From Candidatus Saccharimonadota bacterium (GTDB taxonomy: Bacteria; Patescibacteriota; Gracilibacteria; Absconditabacterales; Absconditicoccaceae), in contig JAUIDC010000001.1 of NCBI GenBank assembly GCA_030429145.1, forward strand, positions 450,001 to 482,000: a stretch of 32,000 nt of DNA, written 5' to 3'. This document shows, in pieces, positions 20,191-30,370 of this stretch (the first letter of the stretch is position 1; each line of letters opens with the position of its first letter). Position numbers and translations under genes: made by a program. The notes under the pieces are model-generated. The model did not search any database and had not been told where the DNA came from. It was given only the letters and a program-made list of their open reading frames with translations.

Positions 20191-20300
20191 ATGCAGTACA
20201 AACTAATAAATTAAAGAGTATTGTATAGCAGATGGCATCTAGCAGTAACATTCGAAGATGTTAGTCGGTCTGCTAATTGCGTGCTTATATATAGTTATGC

Positions 20301-23300
20301 TTATTCAATTTCTCCGTAGTCCTCAAGTTCCGTAATTACCGTTTCTATCATCTCCTTCTTGTCTTCTGCCTTTTGTTCTTCTCCGTCATCTGATCCGTTG
20401 TCGTCTGGACCTCCTTGAGATGTGATACCTCTAAGACCAAGCTGAAGGATCTTGTCTATACGCTCGTTATGAATTGCTTCGATACGTTCTTCAGTAAGTG
20501 GTTCGATATTTTGACCGAGACCCTTGAAGAGATACATCACGAGGTTGAACGATTCAGGAAGTCATGATATTCTCAGCTTGTTTCCTTTGATAATATTTTC
20601 ATATGTCTTATTTCTTCCTGTCACGTCGTCTGACTTGATAGTCAACATTTCCTGGAGCGTGTATACAGCAGAGTATCCTTCGAGTGCCCATACTTCCATT
20701 TCACCGAACCTCTGTCCACCGTCTCTTGCTTTACCACCGAGAGGCTGCTGAGTGATGAGTGAGTAAGGACCAACTGATCTCGCATGGATCTTGTCTTCCA
20801 CCATATGTGATAGCTTCAGGATGTGCATGAAACCAACTGTTACAGGATTTTCGTACGCGATACCCGATCTTCCGTCATAGAGTGTCATTCTACCATCTTT
20901 TGGTAGATCAAATCTTGTGAGAAGTCCTTGGAGATCGTCAACGCTAAATCCTGAGAAGAGAGGAACTGCAAACTTTGTTCCGAGTGCTTTCGCGACCAGA
21001 CCAAGCTGTGTCTCCAATACCTGACCCATATTCATACGAGAGATCACACCGAGTGGGTTGAGGATAACCTCAATTGACTGACCATCAGCAGTATATGGCA
21101 TGTCTTCTTCTGGTACTACATGAGCAATAATACCCTTATTACCATGTCTACCAGCGAGTTTGTCTCCGACCTCAATCTTTCTTGTCATAGCGATATATAC
21201 CTTGATCTTCTTTCTGATACCAGCCATAAGGTTGTCTCCTTTCTTCGAGTCGAGTACGAGGATGTTGATAACCTTACCTTCACTTCCAGATGGAAGGTAG
21301 AGTGATGTATCTTTGAGGGATTTTGATTTATCACCGAAGATTGCTTGGATGAGTTTCTCTTCAGGAGAAAGTTCACCTTCAGATTTAGGTGTAATCTTAC
21401 CAACAAGAATGTCTCCACCCTTTACAGTAGCACCGATTCTCACGATACCTTCTTCGTCAAGATTTTTCAATTTTGCCAATGAAACACCTGGGATATCGTT
21501 TGTCGTCTCTTCAGGTCAGAGCTTTGTATCGGCAACCTCGATCTCATGTTCTTCGATATGGATAGAAGTGAGACTGTCGTCTTTTACGAGCTTTTGTGAG
21601 ATAACGATAGAGTCCTCATAGTTGAATCCTTCCCATGGCATGAAGGCAACTCTCAAGTTTTTACCGAGAGCCATTTCTCCATCCTGGATAGATGGTCCTT
21701 CAGCAAGGATATCTCCTTTCTTTACCTTGTCTCCTACAGAAGCGATAGCCCTTTGATTTACTACAGTTTTCTGGTTAGATCTTTTGAAAGTGATAAGAGA
21801 GTACTCTTTGATTCCCTTCTTGTATTTGACTTTGATTCTCTTTCCGTCAACGTAGATAACCTCTCCGTCGTCTTCAGCTTGCATGACCGCGTATGTCATC
21901 CCTGCAATATCTGCTTCTAGACCCGTACCAACGAGTGGTGCATCATTTTGCAACAATGGTACTGCTTGTCTCTGCATGTTTGTCGCCATACCTGCACGCA
22001 CCGCTTCATCGTGGTCTACAAATGGTACCAAAGAAGTATTTGGTGAGAATATTTGAGAAGAGTTTACGTCAATATGCGTAATATCATTGACGTAGAACAT
22101 TTCCATGTCCATAAGGTGTCTCGCAGCAAGACGTTTTTCAAGGATGTTCTTGTGTTCGTCAAGCTGTGTAGAAACATCTGCTACAATGTATTTCTCATCG
22201 TATTCAGGCGAGATATATTCTACATCATCTGTGAGGAATGGTCTTACCCTTACCATAGTTCCTTTGTCGAGAGCTTTTTTGATAGCAGCAGCAGCTTTCG
22301 CATCGATATAGTTGTCGTCTTTTGCAAGGATCTTGCCTTTCTTGTCCTTAACATCGCCTTCTGCAATCTTTCCAACAAGGTCAGCTGAGTGAGCATCGAC
22401 TTCTTTTCCTACCTTGATAGCAGGAGTTTCAAGAAATCCTTCTTCATTTACTCTTGAGTAGAGGGCCTGATAAACTACGAGACCGATGTTCTGGCCTTCA
22501 GGAGTTTCAATAGGACAAATACGCCCATAGTGAGAAGGGTGTACGTCACGCACTTCGAACTTTGCTGTTTCACGCTTCAAACCACCGGGTCAAAGAGATG
22601 TTAGTCTTCTCTTATGTTCGATTTCTGCGAGTGGGTTGATCTGATCAAGGAATTGTGAAAGCTGTGACGTAGCGAAGAATGATTTGATCGAGTTGTCGAC
22701 GATCTTGAAGTTTACGAGGTCTGTCAACTTGATTTGCTCTTCAGTATTGAGGATAGAAAGCTTACCTTTGATAGACTTTGTGAATTTTCTCATCACAGGA
22801 GCAAGGTGAGAATAGAGGATTTCACCCATAGATCTGATACGTCTATTAGAAAGGTGATCGATATCATCAGCATAGTAACCTTTCTTGTCGTTCGCAATAT
22901 TCATAAGATATCTGAGTCCCGCTACGAGGTCGTCAGCATCAAAAATATTTGCACTATCATCGTTGATAGGCTTTGAGAGTCCAAGTTTTGCATTGATCTT
23001 TCTTCTAGCGACCTTACCAACAAAAATTCTTTCAAGTGTAAGGAACTGTGACTTGATGTAGTCAATAGCTGACTCTGAGTCGATGATTTCACCTGGTCTA
23101 ATCTTTCCATATATATGAAGAGCCGCAGACTCTGCATCGTGTGTAGAGTCTTTTTTGAGTGCAAATTCTACATAGTCGAAATCGTTTTCTTCAGGATCAA
23201 AACAATCCTTAAAGAGCTCGATAATGCTTTCGTCAGTCTCATACCCAAAAACTCTCAATAGTGCAATCACTGAAAACTTTCTTGACTTGTTGATTCTTGC

Positions 23301-23882
23301 TACTATGTTTCCAGATTTTTCAATAATAACTTGGAGCCAAGGACCTTTCTCAGGAATAAGTTTGAAAGAGTAGGTGAAGTCTTTCTTGTCGAAAGAGAAG
23401 AAAATACCGTATGATCTCACAAGCTGAGAGATGATTACTCTTTCTACGCCGTTGATGATGTAAGAACCCCAGCTAGTCATCAAAGGAAGGATACCGATGT
23501 TTGCGCGTTTGTTGAAAAGAACCTTTCCGTTTGAACTATCAGAAAGCTTTATTCTACCACTGATAATTCCACCATAGGTCATCTCTTTTTTCTTGCAGGT
23601 ATCTATATCTTCGATTGGATCACCAACTTTAATATCATCGATGATGAGACCTAGCTTATCACCTCCAATATCATGTATTGGGTTGATCTCCTCAAAAAGT
23701 TTGACGAGATAGTATTCAATAAAATCTTGAAATCCTTTCTGCTGCATACCGAGCAGTTCAGGAAACTCTGCAAACTTCTTCGAATCCTTCAAAAACACTC
23801 TTCCGTTTTTGATGAGATGCTTGTCGAATTCCTTTTCAAGTACGATTGCTGTTGGAGCAGATTTTTTAGTTTGTTTTGCCAT
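20301..23882 (-). CDS. rpoB: DNA-directed RNA polymerase subunit beta
   Basis: Start MAKQTKK at 23882. Four fragments share one frame and join via TGA at SL-G-PGGLKRE (22590-22592), DTKL-G-PEE (21516-21518) and S-G-LPESFN (20562-20564), all invariant Gly in RpoB. Ends TAA 20301-20303. 1193 aa. Confidence 0.97.
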
Positions 23883-23910
23883 GAAGAGGGTAATAACGGG
23901 TAAAAACAAA

Positions 23911-23943
23911 ACACAAAAAAGCACCAGCGGTTATCCCGTGGTC
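23911..23943 (-). terminator. Terminator-like hairpin (probable attenuator) between rpmH and rpoB
   Basis: On the minus strand: stem ACCA-CGG / CCG(C)TGGT with a 5-nt loop, followed by GCTTTTTTGTGTTTTGTTTTT. The U-tract ends about 28 nt before the rpoB ATG. Confidence 0.5.
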
Positions 23944-24026
23944 TATTTTTGCCAGCTGCTTGCTCAAATATGGTGCGTGTTATGATCTAGCATAGAGCAG
24001 GTTAGGGTATCTATGGAGAGTAAAAA

Positions 24027-24185
24027 TTATCAGTTTTTTTGTACAGTCAGCGAATGTCTTCCTTTCGCTCTTCTGTTTGCGAGAACTTTTCTGCCGGTTC
24101 TTGTAAGCATTCTTGATCTGAACCCATGCTTTCTCATTCTCTTCAGCCACTGATACTTTCTCACTCTATTTAATTTACTTGCCAT
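24027..24185 (-). CDS. rpmH: 50S ribosomal protein L34
   Basis: [30 protein letters not shown] is the L34 signature. The penultimate codon is TGA (24030-24032), followed by TAA. Confidence 0.85.
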
Positions 24186-24251
24186 GACGTAACAGAGTTT
24201 ACAATATATAAAGTTAATAGTAGTATGATAATATTTGGTGAGTTATACAAC

Positions 24252-24821
24252 TTAATTAGTGTAAGGCAACACACCCAACTCTCTTGCTCTGATGACAGCA
24301 GTTCTGATCTTCTTTTGGTGAGTTACTCTATTGCCCATAAATGCTCTTGGCTTGATATCACCGAATCTTGTCATGTAGTGTCTGAGAAAGTTTACAGACT
24401 TTCGATTCACATGAGCCAATGCCTCTTTTCCATTGAGGAAGCCTTTCTTCACAGCAGCCTCCTTAGGCTTTTTTTCTTCATCTTTCTCCCAAGCTTTATT
24501 GATTTCCTTGAAAGATACAAGCTTTTCATTTGTCTTCATGAGGAAGAAGGCAAATCTTACAAGACCTTTCATGATAGCAAAAGCCGATTTGAGCTTCTGG
24601 ATGTTTTCACCCGGAAGTTCTACATGGTAAGATACGAAGTATGCTTGTTTGATTCTTGCTTTTGTAATGTGATGCGCAAGATCCATCATGCCCATTTCAT
24701 CAGTGTCAATGATCTTTCCTCCGTTAGAAGAGAGGTGAGACTGAACATCAGCAATGATCTTTTCTTGATCGTCCTTACTAAGTTGCGGATGAATGAGGAT
24801 TACGAGTTCATAATGTTTCAT
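24252..24821 (-). CDS. rpsF/rpsR: Fused ribosomal proteins S6 (N-terminal) and S18 (C-terminal)
   Basis: A single uninterrupted 189-aa ORF. Residues 1 to ~95 (MKHYELVILIHPQLS...DEMGMMDLAHHI...) are S6-like. Residues ~130-189 (VNFLRHYMTRFGDIKPRAFMGNRVTHQKKIRTAVIRARELGVLPYT) are S18-like. A Lys/Glu-rich linker joins them. Confidence 0.85.
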   Translation of the reverse strand: MKHYELVILIHPQLSKDDQEKIIADVQSHLSSNGGKIIDTDEMGMMDLAHHITKARIKQAYFVSYHVELPGENIQKLKSAFAIMKGLVRFAFFLMKTNEKLVSFKEINKAWEKDEEKKPKEAAVKKGFLNGKEALAHVNRKSVNFLRHYMTRFGDIKPRAFMGNRVTHQKKIRTAVIRARELGVLPYTN

Positions 24822-24918
24822 CTGTATAGATAGAGGGGAATAATATAAAGGGTGATAGGTTCAAATGCTTAGAGCACCATACAACCTTATTGATTATGAT
24901 TGGATGTCTTTTATATGA

Positions 24919-25728
24919 CTAGATTGCAAATCTTTGGAAGTCAGCAATCTCAAGATTTCCCTGAGCAAAGTCTTTTACTTTTTTGCTGTCGTCCCAGATA
25001 GCTGATTGTTCGAGGAGTACAAAGTCAGAGAACTCTTTATCGAGTCTTCCTGCAACGATCTTTTCAATGATCTCAGCAGGCTTTCCTGAAGCTGCAACCT
25101 CTGCGCTGATCGCTTCTTTTGCCTGACTTACCTTATCAGCAGGAACAGTGTCCATAGAGAGGTATTCAGGGTTCATAGCCGCGATCTGAAGTGCAATGTT
25201 TTTTGCTACTTCTTCAGCATTGTCGCTAAGACTCTTGTAGTATACTACAGCAACGATCTTGTCTCCAGGATGAGTGTAGACAAAGGCATTTTCCGTACGA
25301 ATAAATGCGTCATCGAGCTTGATGTTTTCACCAATCTTACCAACAGTTTCATGCACAAGAGCGTCCCAAGACTGCTTTGTGTTTTCATCTACTTGATCGA
25401 GAGAAGAAAAGTCTTTGTCGTATTTTTTTACCTCTTCGAGAAGTCTGTTCGTAAGATCAATAAACAGATCATTTTTCGTTACAAAGTCAGTTTCGCAAGC
25501 AACTTTGATACCAACAACTCTGTTGTTATCATTGACTACTTTTACAATACCTTCATTTGTTTCTCTATCTGCTTTCTTTGCTGCCTGAGAAGCTCATTTC
25601 TTTTTAAGCCACTCCATAGCTGCATCGAAATCCCCGTTTGATTCTACGAGAGCCTCCTTACAGTCCTTAAGAGGAGCAAAACTGGTGTCTCTGAGCTTTT
25701 TGAGCAAGTTCATATCAACACTACTCAT
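24919..25728 (-). CDS. tsf: Elongation factor Ts
   Basis: N-terminal UBA-like LLKKLRDTSFAPLKDCKEALVESNGDFDAAMEWLKKK-G-A, with that Gly encoded by TGA 25594-25596. EF-Ts core follows. Ends in TAG. Confidence 0.92.
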
Positions 25729-25766
25729 GAGTATATTTACGCAGTTAATAAGCTAAAAATACTTTT

Positions 25767-26225
25767 TTATAATGTTTTTTCTGAGTCTGATGTCTCATTG
25801 GAATGTACAGAAGTATCTACAATCTCGATTTCTACCGAAAAGAGATCAACCATCCATCATCCAACTCCTTCGAAAAGAGGAAGGAAAATCTTATCCTTTG
25901 AGAATGAAGTGTATCTTCAATCCCACGCTTGCTTTGTAAGAATAATCCATATAGCAAGCAGAGCAGCATAGATGAGAACAGGCAGCACCTTAAGATAAGG
26001 AAGAAAGATGAGCACTATAGAGGGAACGAGCAATAAAAAGAATAACACTCGCCATCCCATTGCTTGTTTGCAATGAAAGAACTCATATCTGGTCATCTTT
26101 CCTTGTGTCAAAGATATCACAATACCTCGCAGAAAGTACATTAAGATGCTTTTTTTTCTTTCCAAAGCACTCGGTACATACTGCTGGGCAATTAGTTGAT
26201 CAATCTCTGTCTGCTGCTGAGCCAT
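25767..26225 (-). CDS. Small integral membrane protein (DUF4870-like, tentative)
   Basis: Hydrophobic segments around the motif YEFFHCKQAMGW. Extends through two TGAs to TAA 25767-25769. Its ATG (26225) lies 1 nt after the rpsB stop. Confidence 0.55.
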
Positions 26226-26226
26226 A

Positions 26227-26889
26227 CTATGCGTTTAAGATATATGAGAGCGCGAAATCAAGACTTTGATAACTGTCTACATTCGCAACAACAAGACTAT
26301 CTTTGTCTCGCCATGTATCAAAGTTGGTTGATGCAATAACGATATTATCAAGACCTGTTTTATCAAGTTCTTTTACAAACTTCATCATAGACTTTCCATC
26401 AACAACGATAACGAGATCTGGTTTCTTCTTAAGGTTCTTTGCACCTTTGTAGATCCATTCGATTTTGTTGAGTTTTCTTTGATGAGTAAGTTGTTCTTTT
26501 TTAGTGAGCTTATGAAAATCCTCACTTTCAATGAACGATCTTAGTTCGTTCATACCTCTAATTCTTGTTACAAGAGTGTCAAAGTTTGTAAGGAAACCAG
26601 CAGGAACTTTGTAGTTGAGGTAGTGAAACCCACCTTTTGCAGCCATTTCCTCAATTTCGTCTGCATACAGGCTTTTTTCACAAATAACGAGGATCTCTTT
26701 ATTATCCTTCTTTGCTTCCTGTACTTTCTTTTTTGCTATTTCCAGCTGTTCAGCAATCTTGTCTGGATCGATGATAACAAGACCATTCTTGATATCAAGC
26801 CAAAATGACCTTGTCTTTGTGCTGGCAAGCTTTTTGATATTTCCAATATGCATGTGGGCGTCCATGACGTCCTTCTTTGTTACTGCCAT
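26227..26889 (-). CDS. rpsB: 30S ribosomal protein S2
   Basis: MAVTKKDVMDAHMHIGN..., VICEK, FLTNFDT and an S2-like C-terminal half. I prefer ATG 26889 over the longer ORF start at 26922. No in-frame TGA. Confidence 0.88.
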   Translation of the reverse strand: MAVTKKDVMDAHMHIGNIKKLASTKTRSFWLDIKNGLVIIDPDKIAEQLEIAKKKVQEAKKDNKEILVICEKSLYADEIEEMAAKGGFHYLNYKVPAGFLTNFDTLVTRIRGMNELRSFIESEDFHKLTKKEQLTHQRKLNKIEWIYKGAKNLKKKPDLVIVVDGKSMMKFVKELDKTGLDNIVIASTNFDTWRDKDSLVVANVDSYQSLDFALSYILNA

Positions 26890-27005
26890 GCGATAATACA
26901 AAATAGATAAAATCAAAACCATCTAACTCTAGCAAGGTATCCTCTCGTATAGCCGGAAATATGCATTTCTCTTACGCCATGTGAGCGATAGCAAGAGTAG
27001 TGTTA

Positions 27006-27386
27006 TTACTTAAGGTTAACTGTAGCACCAGCTTCCTGAAGTTTGTTTTGCATAGTCTCAGCTTCTTCTCCTTTCACGTTTTCTTTGATGATAACAGGAG
27101 CTTTTTCAACGAGTTCTTTCGCTGCCTTAAGATCAACACCAAGAAGCTCTTTTACTACCTTGATAACTGCGATCTTTTGCTGACCAGCATCAGTAAGTTC
27201 TACGTTAGCGCTATCCTTAGCACCACCTTCGTCGTCACCACCTGCAGCAGCTCCGCCTCCTACTACCATAGCAGCAGCAGTTACACCAAATTCTTCTTCA
27301 AGAGCTTTCACGAGATCAGCAAGCTCTACAGCTGTAAGTTCTTTTACAAGATCAAAGATCTTTTGAGCGTTATCAGTCAATGTCAT
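27006..27386 (-). CDS. rplL: 50S ribosomal protein L7/L12
   Basis: [15 protein letters not shown], an Ala/Gly hinge, then [27 protein letters not shown]...EAGATV. Confidence 0.95.
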   Translation of the reverse strand: MTLTDNAQKIFDLVKELTAVELADLVKALEEEFGVTAAAMVVGGGAAAGGDDEGGAKDSANVELTDAGQQKIAVIKVVKELLGVDLKAAKELVEKAPVIIKENVKGEEAETMQNKLQEAGATVNLK

Positions 27387-27436
27387 TCTAGTACAATAAT
27401 TTATAAAGTTAAAAAGTGTACATGAGTGTATAAGAA

Positions 27437-28192
27437 TTATTTATTTTCTTCTTCTTTTGGTTCTTCTGTAGCCTCTTCTTCGGTGCTAGCATTGTCAGTT
27501 GACTCTGCTGTCTCCGTAGGAGTCTCTGTGTCTTCTTTTTTGTCGGCTTCACTAGCGTCAGTTGAGCTTTCTTCAGTAGTAGCCTCAGCTGTAGTAGCTT
27601 CATCTGCTGCCGCAGGAGTCTCACTTTCTGTTGATTGCTCTTCTTTTACTTCCTGAGCAGGAGCTTCTTGTGTCGAAGTTCCTTCGTCGAGCTTGTTTTT
27701 AACAGCATCGAGCGTACCAACCAACTTCTGTACTGGATGTTTGAGAAGGAAAAGAAGTTTTCCAACGAGCTCTTCTTTTGAAGGAAGGTCAGCGAGTGTT
27801 CTTACATACTCAGCATCTTTCCACTCTTTGTCGAACCATCCACCTACATATTCAAATCCATACTTCTTGTCTGCTTTTTTAAGAGACTTGATGTACTTTT
27901 GCACCTCCTTGAGTGGTGCATACTCATCTTCTGTTGCGTAGAGTGCAACAACTGCGCCGTCAAGATCCTTATGTTCAACAACCTGATAGCCTGCTGACTC
28001 AAGTGATCTCAGGAAGAGTCTTTTTCTAATAACATTGAGTTTCCCTCCTACGTTGAGGACGTTCATTCTCAATGAGCTAGACTCGATAACAGGTATACCT
28101 GATTGCTTCAGGATAACCACGTTTGCAGCTGATGAGAGGTCATTTCCATAACCTTGTACAAGCTCTTTCTTTTTGTCTTTTGAAATAGCCAT
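27437..28192 (-). CDS. rplJ: 50S ribosomal protein L10 with an ~83-aa acidic low-complexity C-terminal extension
   Basis: [12 protein letters not shown]...[11 protein letters not shown]...LRMNV...LNVIRKRLF is L10-like. Residues ~169-251 are E/T/A/S/D-rich. I prefer ATG 28192 over the hydrophobic upstream extension. Confidence 0.9.
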   Translation of the reverse strand: MAISKDKKKELVQGYGNDLSSAANVVILKQSGIPVIESSSLRMNVLNVGGKLNVIRKRLFLRSLESAGYQVVEHKDLDGAVVALYATEDEYAPLKEVQKYIKSLKKADKKYGFEYVGGWFDKEWKDAEYVRTLADLPSKEELVGKLLFLLKHPVQKLVGTLDAVKNKLDEGTSTQEAPAQEVKEEQSTESETPAAADEATTAEATTEESSTDASEADKKEDTETPTETAESTDNASTEEEATEEPKEEENK

Positions 28193-28409
28193 AGCTTGCC
28201 CATCACATATAAAATAAAAAAATGTTCCTTGAGGTAAGAGGAACGGGGCTAACAAAAAATATTGCAGTGCAATCTTATCTGTAGCCAACTACCTCGGTAG
28301 GAGATTAAGTCAGTTCGTTACTGACACCTACTGTCTTTACTAATTGGTTTAGTTCGAAACGATTGCTCGAATCTGCAAAGAATATACTGATCTATAAGGT
28401 GAAATCAAG
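28193..28409 (-). promoter_or_regulatory. Structured 5' leader of rplJ, with a terminator-like hairpin (candidate L10-type autoregulatory leader)
   Basis: 217-nt non-coding gap. Minus-strand hairpins: TTCGA/TCGAA, GTCAG/CTGAC, CTAC/GTAG. A final GTTCCT/AGGAAC stem (28224-28244) is followed by ATTTTTTTATTTT, about 20 nt before the ATG. Confidence 0.4.
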
Positions 28410-30368
28410 TTATTTTTTCGATGTTTCCTCTTTCGCATCGAGAGAAAATGGAGTGGTTGGCAGAAGGTTTGCATTGAAGTTTTCTGCGAGGAATTTTGTG
28501 ATTTTGTCTTGATTGAGAGGGCTACTTGTGGTGATCTCTTTGTTGTTGACCACATAGGCAAGGAAGTTACGCATCTTCGTCCCAACATCACCCTTGTCGC
28601 CCAAAATATCTTGCTTGTCTTTCAAGTCTTCCTCACTTAGCTGAGTACCTTTGAGCATAAAGCTTCTGAAATCAGCACTCTTATTCATAAGATCATTAAA
28701 TGCTCTCTTAAATACCTTACTCTGGGCAGAGACTTGTTTACCTTTTGTTAATTCTCTTATCTTTTCGATGATGTTGTTTGCGCCTCCTGGTGTCGCTAAT
28801 ATCAATTGATTCTCATCGGGTATAGAGATATCGCTGTTGTATATTTCAGCCTCATTGACACCAAAGGTCTTTTTTACAGTCTTACCAAACTCACTACTAT
28901 AGAATTGACTTTGTAGTCTATCGATTTGATCTTGTTTTTTATTTGCATAGTAGCCGCCCTCAACATATGTCTGTTTCAAGCTTCTTCCTGTCTTACTCAG
29001 TCCTGCAATGGATGTGGCCTTTCCACCAAATGGGATCACATTGACATTGGTCACGAGTTTTTCTGATCGGTCAAAGATGCTGTTTGCTGCGCCCTTTGTA
29101 AACTTTGAAAAGTCTTTCGATATCTTTAAGAGAGACCAGAGTAGCACAATAGTAAAGCATGTCAGAATGAGATATCCTGTCATCCCGCCCACGAAATTAC
29201 CAACGCTCTTGAAGAGGTCTCCCTCAATAGTTATCTCAGTGCCACTATTACGATCGGCAATAGTAGACTGACTACTGTCAGCAGTAAAGGTGAGATTGTC
29301 TATAGATTCTTCAAATGTTGTACTACTTTGCTGGTTACCAGGATCTCAACCTAAAACATAAAACATACCAATACTGAGGATCATCACGAGTGCTAACGAT
29401 CCAATCATGACTACTGGTTGGAATACTAAACTTAACACATCTGTTAGTTTGCCAAACCCAAGCTTTTCTCCAGCAGTTTTGACAAATCCTGGAGATTCTT
29501 TGTCTCCAAAAGACCACGAGATAGCTGCAAGCGGTGCAAATGATATCCAAATCCAAAGTCTGAATATTCTGATCAGATTGATGACAATCAGAATCAGCAG
29601 AGGCACGCAAAATGCGAGAAGTAAGAATAGTTTGATGAATAGTCAAATAGAGAAGTTTTTGATATTGGTTACATCTTGGTTGAGTATGTCATAGTCTTGG
29701 AACCTGAAAATACTCGCTCCCATAAAGAGTAGTGGTCCACTCATGTTGTTGAAGCTACCAAACATGCTTTCGATGGTCTGCTTGCCCGTATATGTCTTAA
29801 TATGTTCATCATTTTTAGCAAGGCTGATCTCGACTCTTTCTGGTACCGTAACAGCCATCTGTGCCATCTTGCTTTTGCTCAGATTGTCAGTTGAACCCTG
29901 AATGAACTGCTGAGGAAATGCTCCGACTGCTGCAGTAGCGATGTTTGCTAGGTCGACAAAAGCACCCATGATAAACCAACTCATCTGGATGAGTACTCCT
30001 GCAAGAAGAAACCTTGGCAGTACTTTTTTTAGTTCAAATGCGTCTTTGCTGAAAAACGATTTGAGAATGCCCGCAAGAAAGAGAAATCACAGTATGAAGT
30101 TTGCTATGTTCTTCATATAGTTCCATAGCTTAAAGAGAGCGCTATCGAGATGGATGAATGTACCATAGATGAAATCATTGGACATAAGCTTCCCTGCGAG
30201 AAATGCGAGGAGCATCCATCCCCATGAAAGAACCTTTACTATGGCATTAAAGATTTCAACAGACCATGATACTGCAGGATCTCACTCGGCGGCAAAAGCT
30301 GGATGTATCCAGAAGAGACATCCTAGTCAGATTAGTATAACTAACGCTTTTGCGTGCTGTTTCATCAT
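28410..30368 (-). CDS. Large polytopic membrane protein (652 aa), tentatively VirB6/TrbL-like; paralog of the upstream gene
   Basis: Four ORF fragments share one frame and join through TGA (five in-frame TGAs in total). Signal peptide MMKQHAKALVILI-G-LGCLFWIHPAFA, at least 6 hydrophobic helices, and a ~230-aa hydrophilic C-terminal domain. Ends TAA 28410-28412. The ATG lies 2 nt after the upstream stop. Confidence 0.8.
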
Positions 30369-30370
30369 GA

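Noticed and set aside
23883-23924. Longer rpoB start (MLFCVLFLPVITLF...)
   Set aside because: The extension is hydrophobic, unlike RpoB, and overlaps the terminator-like hairpin. MAKQTKK at 23882 is a typical RpoB N-terminus.
24225-24833. 202-aa plus-strand ORF
   Set aside because: It is antisense to the S6-S18 fusion gene, which has clear homology. Its sequence is Ser/Leu/Phe-rich, typical of a shadow ORF.
27000-27941. Plus-strand ORFs 27000-27425, 27426-27656 and 27693-27941
   Set aside because: They are antisense shadows of rplL and rplJ. They are low-complexity Ser/Val/Phe-rich, with no start or stop context.
28193-28288. Longer rplJ start (MATDKIALQYFLLAPF...) and, likewise, the longer rpsB start at 26922
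   Set aside because: The extensions are hydrophobic and non-homologous. The rplJ extension overlaps the leader's terminator hairpin. Internal ATGs give canonical L10 (MAISKDKK) and S2 (MAVTKKDV) N-termini.
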